The notes under the pieces are model-generated. The model saw only the letters and a list, made by a program, of their open reading frames with translations, searched no databases and was not told the origin of the DNA. This document shows positions 38,213 to 49,086 of a stretch of DNA of 64,000 nucleotides, in pieces. Source of the stretch: Octopus sinensis (Eukaryota). Position 1 is the first letter of the stretch; the number at the start of each line of letters is the position of its first letter. Position numbers and translations under genes: made by a program. Location of the stretch: positions 1,240,001-1,304,000 of the forward strand of contig NC_043024.1 in assembly GCF_006345805.1 (NCBI RefSeq), written 5' to 3'.

Positions 38213-39185
38213 CATCATTGTAACCGTGTTGCCAGCTTTAAGACAATCAATGAGAGACATTCAACATCTTTGGCAGATTTTGTTTGGTGACTGAAGGAGG
38301 ATAAAATGAAGTACAACATTAATTGATCCATAGTAAGGCACGCGAAACCATACAGTATAATTTCCAGGAGATGTCTCTGCCCCGAGGAATCCCTATCTAA
38401 CAAGAAGATCATTAGTAGACTACTTGTACTTGTGACGGTGTTCACCCAGGGTGGGTTGAGCCGGCTTCTTCTCTGGTCCTAATGGCATCACGAACCATGG
38501 CGGCCCACGCTCGATGGTCCTGTGTGAGGTCACTGGAGATAGCGAGCCATTCGCGGCTCCATCTGTGCAGACCTGAGAGTTCGGACAGGTCCTGAAGCTG
38601 CTAATCATTAATAGAATTGCTGTACTTACACACAATGCATTGGGAATTAATTTTGAGTAACCGTTAACATAATTTAATTTACTTTAATTTATGGATGACT
38701 CAAGTTTACTTTTAACCTCCCGTTATTACAGACACCAATTTGATAGCTAACTCACTTTGTGATCTTGAGGGCACCAAACCTCACGTGTGCGGATGCTTGT
38801 ATGAACAAGTGTGCTCGCGCCATGCAGCTTGCTCGTGGGCGTATATACATCCCTATCTGTTAACGGTTATTTTTAATATTTTTCTCGCCAGATTGTGTGT
38901 TCGTTTCTCTTTTTGCCATCTGGGATTTTTATTTTTGATCTTCTATGTAAGATATTTCCCCCGTCTGGTTGCCTTTCTTTCTGCAAAACAGGAAGTTACA
39001 TTGCAAAACAGTTATTTTAACGAGTTGTATCTATTCATCAATAACGAGATACATCTGCACCACCGGATGCCCCTGAACCAGTTGTTGAGTGTCCCACCCA
39101 AGAGGAATTGATGCTGGATGTGTCGAAACAATTGTCGTGATTAATAATAAATTCTCATATATTCCATCATCCTTCTTTCATTTGC

Positions 39186-39188
<3 letters not shown>
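38213..39188 (+). mobile_element. 5'-truncated Penelope-like element: decayed GIY-YIG endonuclease C-terminal half plus pseudo-LTR-like 3' region ending at (TA)n
   Basis: The + frame from 38213 reads HHCNRVASFKTINERHSTSLADFVW*LKEDKMKYNIN*SIVRHAKPYSIISRRCLCPEE, and after the RTE insert ELLYLHTMHWELILSN. This matches PLE NH..SF....HST.LS..VW.LKE......KWSIV...KPY....C.LC as recalled. A degenerate hammerhead lies at 39095-39139. Confidence 0.75.
38420..38603 (-). mobile_element. RTE-clade LINE 3' end inserted antisense into the Penelope-like element
   Basis: The minus strand reads GLHRWSREWLAISSDLTQDHRAWAAMVRDAIRTREEAGSTHPG* (stop at 38442-38444) with a (CAAGTA)n tail. A 12-bp TSD is present: ATCATTAGTAGA (38408-38419) and ATCATTAATAGA (38604-38615). 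Confidence 0.85.
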
Positions 39189-39218
<30 letters not shown>

Positions 39219-39505
39219 CTAGCAGTATCGCCCGGCATTGCTCGGGTTTGTAAGGGAAATAACTAAATAAGCATTTTTAGAGAGTTATGGGCAAAAAATA
39301 GCAAAAAAATGCATTAAAAATGATGGTAAATTTTTTTAAAATCATAGACTCATCATAGACGTGCGTTAATACCCAGGAGGGCTTGATATGAATCACGACT
39401 ATAAGATACCCGGTTTTGGTTAAACTGCACCACAAAATGTGGGAGTAGTTAGGAATCTAAATCGCAGGAGACAGACACACAACTTCACTTTTATATATAA
39501 AGAGA
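39219..39505 (-). mobile_element. Non-autonomous Helitron
   Basis: The minus strand reads A|TC...CCCGAGCAATGCCGGG...CTAG|T: 5' TC, a subterminal GC hairpin, 3' CTAG, an AT target and no TSD. Confidence 0.85.
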
Positions 39506-39696
39506 TATATATATATAAAATGGTGGCTATATCCAATATAAGACCAAAAAGGAAAACTTCAGTTGTCACTAGTTGTGGCTGAAGCTGCAGGGTAGCACCT
39601 ACATTGCTAGAAATAAGAGCTGAGAAGCCCTTACAGCTGCAGAAAGCACAATTTCATATATTGGCGAGGGAGATTACTGCCCCACAGTGAACGAGA

Positions 39697-39745
39697 TCAC
39701 TGGAACCATAGTTTCATTTGAGAATTACAAACTCATCAGTAGTAA
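39697..39745 (-). ncRNA. Minimal type I hammerhead-like motif in a retroelement remnant (~39575-39745)
   Basis: The minus strand reads TTACTA-CTGATGA-GTTTG(TAATTCT)CAAAT-GAAA-CTATGGTTC-CAGTGA. The core is intact and stem II has 5 bp, but the stem I/III junction is imperfect. Confidence 0.5.
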
Positions 39746-40418
39746 CTATATATATGTATGTCTATATAGTGTGTGTGTGTGTGTGTGTGTATAGATATAT
39801 ACACACACACACACACAAGGTATGTGGTTTGTCAGTTTGTGGTCAGGCTGCCATTGTAGGCCTGATGCTTCCAATTGTAACCTGGCCGTGAACTAAATGG
39901 ATCAGTCAAATGGAGCTGGGAGGAAGCCTTGAGTGTCTACTGGCTTTCGTATGCTTCAGTCATTAGACTGCGGCCATGCTGGGGCACCACTTGAGTGTCT
40001 ACTGGCTTCCATATGTTTCAGTCATTAGACTGCGGCCATGCTGGGGCACCGCTTCGTAGAATCTCTTAGTCAAATGAATCAATCCCAGTTTTCTTTTATG
40101 CTTAATTCCGGTACTTATTTTATCGTTCACTTTTGCCGAACCACTAAGTTACAGGGGCGTAAACACACCAACATCAGTTGTTAAGCAGTGAGGGGGGGGG
40201 CAAACACAGACACCAACACACAACACACACACACACACACACACACATATGATGGGCTTCTTTTTAGTTTCCATCTACGATATCCACTTACAAGGCTTTG
40301 GTCGGCCTGTGGCTATAGTAGAAAACACCTGTCCAAGGTGCCACGAGGTGGGACTGAACCCAGAGCCTACACCTGTATGTGTGTTTGTGTACTTATTGGG
40401 TTCTAATTATCTTTATTG

Positions 40419-40463
<45 letters not shown>

Positions 40464-40571
40464 CCTGCTCACTTAGCCAGCGGGGTGGCGTCATTCGAAG
40501 GCTAAAACAATGCGAACGCATTGTGACCAGCGATGTGTAACAACATCTGATGGTCTGATCAGTCACGTGAT

Positions 40572-40615
<44 letters not shown>

Positions 40616-40845
40616 CTTTATTCAAAGTAGCAGAAAATTCAACAAAACCTGTTACTCTGAGTTTCACATTTCCGTTTGTCGGACAGTTTTTGCTAAAACT
40701 GTCCGACGAACAGAAACGTGAAACTCAACTCAGAGTAACAGGTTTTCTTGAATTTTCTGCTGCTTTAAATAAAGCATATTACTCTACCACTGGTATTTGA
40801 GTACTCTTTTTTCCACCTTGTTTCACATTTATGTGTTTACTCCAG
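40616..40845 (+). mobile_element. Penelope-like pseudo-LTR fragment with 5' inversion: 75-bp fold-back containing two head-to-head hammerhead motifs
   Basis: Arms 40616-40690 and 40695-40774 have a 4-nt loop, 6 substitutions and a 5-nt duplication. The element is flanked by (TA)n. Confidence 0.75.
40695..40746 (+). ncRNA. Minimal type I hammerhead ribozyme motif, sense to shep pre-mRNA; predicted cleavage after GUA at 40737
   Basis: The motif has stem I AAAACTGT/ACAG(G)TTTT, core CCGACGA, stem II ACA-GAAA-CGT, GAAA, stem III ACTC/GAGT and then H=A. U4 is C relative to the canonical CUGANGA, and stem II has one A-C mismatch. Confidence 0.55.
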
Positions 40846-40852
40846 TATATAA

Positions 40853-40893
<41 letters not shown>

Positions 40894-41178
40894 AGTTAAT
40901 AAAAACCATAACAAATGTACAAACAAAGGGGGAAACAGACACTGAAGGTCACCAGATCCTCATCAGTTATTGGCCAGAATATAAGTCCACGAGCAGAACA
41001 AAACAAAAGCGTTAGTTTATCTTTTATAACCTCCATAAATTACACGATCTTAAGATTATATAATTTGTAATAATTATCTTGAGTACTTGAATGAAAGTTG
41101 AATATGCCTGAATTTCTATGCATTGGTTAACAGTTAAGCTATCTCTTCAAAATAGCTCTTCTTTTATCTCTCTCTCTA

Positions 41179-41502
41179 TCTCTCTCTATATATATATAAA
41201 GCTGAAGTTGTCTGTCTGTGTATGGCAGGTTTGGTAGCCTTCAACTAACCCCATCTCCTCCGAGACCCTGCAGTGCAAGTTGATCAAAATTGAGAGTATG
41301 ATAGAAGGCTTGCTCTTTATTCCGTAGAAGAAAAAATCTTTTACTATTTTTTGACTGCTGTGTCGCCATTTTTCGGTGTATTTCAACCAGAAAAATGTCC
41401 ACTTAAAGAGAATAAGCTACATGATGCAAAATTTTTACTTTTCAAAAATTCCAGTTCTAAAGGGTCGAAACAAACCCGAGCAACGCCGGGCGATACTTCT
41501 AG
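41179..41502 (+). mobile_element. Non-autonomous Helitron (same termini as 39219-39505, different interior)
   Basis: Reads A|TC...AAAGCTGAAGTTGTCTGTCTG...CCCGAGCAACGCCGGG...CTAG|T. Confidence 0.85.
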
Positions 41503-41505
41503 TAC

Positions 41506-41552
<47 letters not shown>

Positions 41553-41554
<2 letters not shown>

Positions 41555-41707
41555 GGAGTAAACACATAAATGTGAAACAAGGTGGAGAAAAAAAGAGTAC
41601 TCAAATACCAGGGGTAGAGTAATATGCTTTATTTAAAGCAGCAGAAAATTCAACAAAACCTGTTACTCTGAGTTTCCCCGTTGAATTTTCTGCTGCTTTA
41701 AATAAAG
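41553..41707 (-). mobile_element. Third copy of the palindromic Penelope-like pseudo-LTR fragment, inverted relative to 40616-40845
   Basis: Reverse complement of the family body, with a perfect 28-bp internal hairpin (41627-41654 / 41680-41707). Confidence 0.75.
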
Positions 41708-43744
41708 TATAGAGAGAGTGAGAGAGAAGGGGGAGCAATATATCCATATATAGTCCTGGCTGCCCTGTTTGTTTTACTTATATGTCTGTGTAATGAATGT
41801 GATAAAAGCCTGTCCGTATTGCAGAATGATAAAAGAGAGAGCAGTGAGTGTATTTCGTGTTTCAGCTGCTTCACCAGGCTCTTATCAGGAGCTAAACTTG
41901 ACTGCTTTCTGCTGAAGTGGCCTCTCTCTCCAGTTCCTATAATCTGAATGAGAATATTTCAAGGAAACTCTCACATTGAATTGATGAGTCAAACTGAGAG
42001 ATTGCCGGTTGCTTTTGTTTAGTAACCTGTACTCCAGGATACACTTGTGCATGTGTATTCGTATTTATGGTGCTGTGTACATAAATGTGGCCATATTTAT
42101 AGATTGCATAGATATGGCTGTGTGGTTGAGAAGTTCACTTTGCAACCAGATGGTTGTGGGTTCAACCCTGCTGCGTGGCACTTCGGGGCCAGTGTCTTCT
42201 ACTTCCACCTCAGTCTGGTCAAAGCTTTTGCTCTTTTACTTGTTTCAGTCATTTGACTGTGGCCATGCTTTAGTCGAGCAAATCGACCCCAGGACTTATT
42301 CTTTGTAAGCCTAGTACTTATTCCATCGGTCACTTTTGCTGAATGGGGACGTAAACACACCAGCATCGGTTGTCAAGCGATGTTGGGGGGACAGACACAC
42401 ATACATATATACGATGGGCTTCTTTCAGCTTCCGTCTACCAAATCCACTCACAAGGCTTTAGTTGGCCCAAGGCTTTAGTAGAAGACACTTGCCCAAGGT
42501 GCCACACAGTGGGAGTGAATCCAGAACCATGTGGTTTGTAAGCAAGCTACTTACCACACAGCCACTCCTGCACCTATGTGAGTGAATTTGATAGGTGGAA
42601 ACCATGTAGACGTGTGTGCGTGCATATTAATTATTGCTTTTATATTCAGTTCTAATAAAAACAATTTTCCTTTAATCTGATGCGTTACTCTATAGTTTTG
42701 TAGAGTACAAGTCTATTGTTTTCATACAAGATTGTTGTTGACAGGGACTTCAAAGTTTTGACCAGCTAAGCCGTCACTGGCCATCATTGGCCGTCGAATG
42801 ATGACTTAATTGAAGTCGCTGTCAACAACATTCTTGTTTAAGAATAATAAATTGTGTGTGCATGTGTTTCTGGTCTGTCCTGCAGAGCTTCACATCTGGT
42901 GTCAGTTTGATTACGTCCCCATAACTTAGCGGTTCAGCAAAAGCAGCCGATAAAATAAGGGGTTTGAAAATAAGCACTTGAGGTCAATTTGTTCGACTAA
43001 ACCTTCTGAGGTGGTGCTCCAGCAGGGCCACATTCCAGTGAATGAGACAATTAGAATGAGAAAAGAAATATGCATATGTTTATCTCGGACTGCAGTAGTT
43101 TAGTGTGTCCTGCATTTTGTAAGATGGTTAGGATGTGATTTTGAGGAAAAGGATTTGGCTGCTATTTCTTGCAGGTTGAGCAACTGTGTAGAGGCATCGT
43201 TGTAGGTTGTCTGATGGAACGCAGAAACTTCTAGATCTGCCTCAAAACTTCTCCACCACCTCTCGACAGCAGTTCTAAAGAACATGGCATGGGGGGTGGG
43301 GGCACGTGAGTGTTGGTGCCATCGTTGAGAGCAGCTGCACCCTCTTCACAGCGAAAGAGTTGGTGCTTAGGGAAAGGGGCTGAAACACCTGTTCCTTTGA
43401 AATATTCTCAAAGACAAGAAATTATTTTCGGGGGGACGGGGGTGGGGCCTGGGTTTCTGCAGATGTGTGTGGGGGTGCGTAAGATGCAGGAATGAATGAA
43501 CATCTGTAATGCATGTGTGTGTGTGTGTGTGTGTGTGGTGTGGAGAAATGCAGTGCATTTTAGAGTGTGTGTCTGTGTAGCTTTGATGTGTGTGTGTCTT
43601 GTGTGGTGGTGGGAGCTGTAATGCATCTGAATGTGGTTTTGTGTGTGTGTGTATATTTATAGGTGTGTGTGTGTGTGTGTGTAGGACATTGTGTTTGAAA
43701 GGGTGACTTTGTGTATATCTACTATAATGTGTCTGCGTGTGTGC

Positions 43745-43800
<56 letters not shown>

Positions 43801-43858
43801 ATCTATATATGTGTGTGTGTATGTATACATATGTGTATGTATGTGTGTGTGTGTGTGT

Positions 43859-43920
<62 letters not shown>

Positions 43921-43951
43921 ATTCAGATGAACAAATAAAGCCGCTTGAGCT

Positions 43952-43994
<43 letters not shown>

Positions 43995-44071
43995 ATACAT
44001 CCATATATACATGTAAATAGAGAGTGACAAAGACAGAATATTCAGCCGATGAACATTTATGTATAAATATA

Positions 44072-44186
<115 letters not shown>

Positions 44187-46829
44187 TCTCTGTATATATA
44201 TACATATATATAATTATTATTTATATATTATGTATCTGTGTGTCTAATACAGACACACACACACACAGGCAGCAATGTTTGAATGTGCAATTGTACAGCT
44301 GCTGCAATGCATATGAGTGTGTGCCTCTATGCACATCTGCAATGTGTATGAATGCGTATGTGTGCATGGAGGTGTGTTTGTGAAGCACTTGAGCTTCCAC
44401 ATACATGTGTCTAGTGCGTGTGTGTGTATTTGTAGCTACCAGCCAAATATAAAACGAGTGTAGATAAAAAGAAATAAGTGTTAGCCTTCCATGCCACTCT
44501 AGTCTGGCGAGTTCAGACAATAATCGGATCCTCGACAATACTTAATGCTTGACTATATTTTTTTGTCTTTTTGTAATCTGATAATTCCACTTAAGTTGGG
44601 GTTTTTCCCTCAAACCCGACACCATCTCTCAAATTTATGGGCACAAACAATGCCCTGGGCACCTTTGCGACTCTGTGAGCTCAGTGGTTTTGAACTCTCA
44701 ATAATTTAACACCACTCGGATGGAAATAGGCTGGGGTTTTTTTTTGTGCCATGTCAAACACACTGGTACTGGTGCCACATAAAAAGCGCTGGTGCTGGTT
44801 CCACAGAAGGCACAGGCGATGGTGCATCATAAAAAGTACTGGCGCTGGCCCACATAAAGCACTGGTGCTGGTGTCACGTAAAAAGCACCCAGTACACTCT
44901 GTAAAGTGGTTGGTATTAGGAAGGGCATCCAGCCATAGAAGCCAGGCTGAAACAGACTGGCCTTCGGAGCTCCTGTCAAACCATCCAGTCCATGCCAGCA
45001 GAGAAATCGGATGTTTAATGATGAGGAGGGGGAGATGACCGTATAAGGAAATATAGATCTCTGGTCTGTTGGTTTTCTCCTCCCCCTTGCTCACAGTGTA
45101 TCTAGGATTATATTATCCAATGTTGCCTTCCCTGTTTAAAGATAATTATGTGTGAGTTGTAGGGGAATTTGGCTGCTATTTCCTGCAGCTTAAGTACCCA
45201 GATTGAGTGTACCTCGATGGCTTGTCTATCGGTAGGTTTGTCATGTGGGAGTGCCTCTTACTTCAGTAGTCAATCCATCTGTGCCCTTCACACTAGATCC
45301 ATGCTTTTTGAACTGGGCCCTGTATAACCCTTGGGGTCCGTATAAGATTTTGTTGTGAAACTTAATAATATTTAATTATAAAAGCATAAATGGAATTTAC
45401 AAACATCGGATGGCTTCCGAGGATCCGTCTGAGTAGAATGGGAATTAACTGTTCAGCATTCAAACTGGCCAGAACCGGTCAAAATATTCTACTTTGTTTA
45501 TGTTCAGACTGGCCAGATCCAACATTTCACACCTACCCTACAATGTCATTCTAAAAAATAGACAATTACATCATTGAAATATATATATATATATATATAT
45601 ATTCTTTCATTTGTTTCAGTCATTTGACTGTGACCATGCTGGAGCACCCCTTGAGAGGTTTTAGTCAAACAAATCTACCTCACGACTTATTTCTAAGCCT
45701 AGTACTTATTCTGTCGGTCTCTTGCTGAACCGCTAAGTTACAGGGACATAAACACACCAACACTGGTTGTCAAGTGGCAATAGTGGGAGACACACACACA
45801 TATAGATTTATACATACATACATACATACACACACACACGGTGGGCTTCTTTCAGTTTCCATCTACCAAATCCACTCACAAGGCTTTGGTCAGCCTTAGG
45901 CTATAGTAGAAGACACTTGCCCAAGGTACCATGCAGTGGGACTGAACCAGGAACTATGTGGTTGGGAAGCAAGCTTCTTACCACACAGTCACACGCTGAA
46001 TCTTCCTCACATCTACATTAAGGGTACACAAGTGTCTGTGGAGTACTCAGCCACTTTCACGAGCAGGCTGTCCCTTTGGTCGGATCAACAGGAACCCTCA
46101 TTGTCATAACCAATGGAGTGCCATTTTTTTTTTTTTTATTAGACCCAAGGGTCCGATTCCTTGGTGTGTCTGTGGCGTGTATATATCTTACCCCTGGACA
46201 AGAGGCCTATCACAGGGTTACTCCTTTTTGCCAGCTGAGTGGACTGGAACAACGTGAAATGAAGTGTTTTGCTCAAGAACACACTGCATCACTTGGTCCA
46301 GGAATCGAAACCACAATCTTACAACCAGGAGTCCAACACACCAAGCCAAGCCCCTCCACTTACTCTCACCAAAATACCAGTGGTGCATTGGTGTTTGATT
46401 CAGTCAACTAACTGTCTCACTCCCTACGATCTCAACTAAATAATCTCTCCACAATATTAACGAGCTTATCTCTCAGTACCTTCATTAAAACTAATTACCT
46501 CCGTTATTCATTTAAACTTCCGCCTGAATGTTTATTAACATTGTTAATAAACTTAACTGCAATAATAATTGCATGGCATTTCACGATTTCATTTCAGAGA
46601 CGGGGGAAATAGGAATTGTTTTTCAACTAGGCTCAAAGTCGATAGTATTTTCCCCCTTTTTTTTTTCTTTTTTTCCTGGATGAGATGGAATGGTCAGTCA
46701 CTATTAACCAAACCCCAGTATTTGATTGGTGCTGTACTGTATGGAACTCCCCAGAGGGAGGAAAATGCTCAAAACTGAAAGAACTGGGGGGAAAACACCA
46801 CAGAACATTTTCGTCTGACACACTAACAC

Positions 46830-47395
46830 TTCCGTCGAGCTGCCAGAACCGTTTAGCATTCCCCGTAAAATGCTTTGTGGTATTTTGTCTGCCGCTACGT
46901 TCTGAGTTCAAATTCCGCCGAGGTCAACTTTGCCTTTCATCCTTTCGGGGGTCGATTAAATAAGTACCAGTTACGCACTGGGGTCGATATAATCGACTTA
47001 ATCCGTTTGTCTGTCCTTGTTTGTCCTCTCTGTGTTTAGCCCCATGTGGGTAGTAAAGAAATAGGTATTTCTTCTGTCTTTACATTCTGAGTTCAAATTC
47101 TGCTGAGGTCAACTTTGCCTTTCATCCTTTCGGGGTCGATTAAATAAGTACCAATTACACACTGGGGTCGATGTAATCGACTTAATCCGTTTGTCTGTCC
47201 TTTTTTGTCCCCTCTGTGTTTAGCCCCTTGTGGGTAGTAAAGAAATAGGTATACGTTCTGAGTTCAAATTTCACTATGGTCAGCTTTGCCTTTCATCCTT
47301 TCAGGGTCGATAAAATAAGTACCAGTAATGCACTGAGGTTGATGTAAACAACTAGCTCTCTTTCCCGAAATTTCAGGCAGAAAGGATTATTATTA
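46830..47395 (+). repeat. Head-to-tail trimer of family B SINE (periods ~185 and ~171 bp) followed by (ATT)n/(ACT)n
   Basis: TTCTGAGTTCAAATT recurs near 46900, 47085 and 47256. Confidence 0.85.
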
Positions 47396-47468
<73 letters not shown>

Positions 47469-47633
47469 TACTACTACTACTACTACTACTACTACAGAAG
47501 TCGCACAGTATACAATATCGTGAGGTCGTTGATTGAAGATATTGTGTCTGCTGCAGGTTTGTACTGTTTGTCAAGTCAGACAGACAGCACTTTACGCAAT
47601 ATGCCGCTCCAAATAATGCCGGCTTCTGCAACA

Positions 47634-47680
<47 letters not shown>

Positions 47681-48568
47681 ATTAAGGCTGCAACCTGGCA
47701 GAATTGTTAGCATGCCAGGCAAAATGCCTGGGGTACTTTGTTTGTCTTTTGCGTTCTGAGTTCAAATTCTGCCGAGGTCAACTTTGCCTTGGGTGAGAGG
47801 GGGGTCAATAAATTAAGTACCAGTTGAGCACGGGGGGGGGTCAGTGTACTCGACTCGTCCCCCTCCCACGAAATTTCAGCAGTTGTGCCTCTAGCAGAAA
47901 GGGTCGTTATTGTTCGAACTATATTTCAGCTGCTTTAAGAACTGTGTCGGGGGGAAGGCATGAAGGTCACGGCACGTCCTGTGTCTCTCTCTGATAGCCT
48001 CGTCTGGGGGGGGGGGGCTGCTTGGTTAGAACGGGGATGGGTTGGGTAAGTCGTGTAGGGGGGGGGACTTGTTATGTGGCAAATAAATTCTCAATTCTCT
48101 CCTCCTCCACACAACACTGCTGCCACCTTGTGGAAACCTGCTAAATGTCATAGCCTCCTCACCATAGCAACTTGACCAAAGAGCAATGTGTGTGTGTGTT
48201 GCCTTCTTAATGAGAGAGAGAGAGAGGGGAGGAGGGTGGCGAGGTGTGGTGTTGACATTCCTGTCATTCTGCCTGGCTTCTATCTGGGTTAGTAGGGCAT
48301 CCACCGAAGTAGCTATATTTATTAGTATAGTGTTGCTGCTGTTGTTGCTGTGGCTGTTGCTGCTGCCGCCGCCGCTGCTGTTGCACGTATGATGATGGAG
48401 AGGAGAAAGCTGAGAACGGTTTTTTCTCCTCCCCCTCCTCCTCCTCCTCTTTGACCTCTCCGGCTCTGTCTGGACAGTGTGAGTCCCTTGTTGTTTAGCC
48501 TCCGGTTGACCCTGATTGTCCAGAGCTAGGATCAAAGGCATTCCGACCTCCTCCCTCGGCCATCCTTG

Positions 48569-49086
<518 letters not shown>

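Noticed and set aside
40462-40505. HDV-like ribozyme topology (P1, P2, GG and CGAA in the right order)
   Set aside because: P3/L3, essential to the HDV fold, is absent and P1 has a mismatch.
41825-41849. 19-nt AG...GTGAGT pseudo-exon and three nearby GATA motifs
   Set aside because: The exon is frameshifting with a modest acceptor, and the motif count is within chance for AT-rich DNA.
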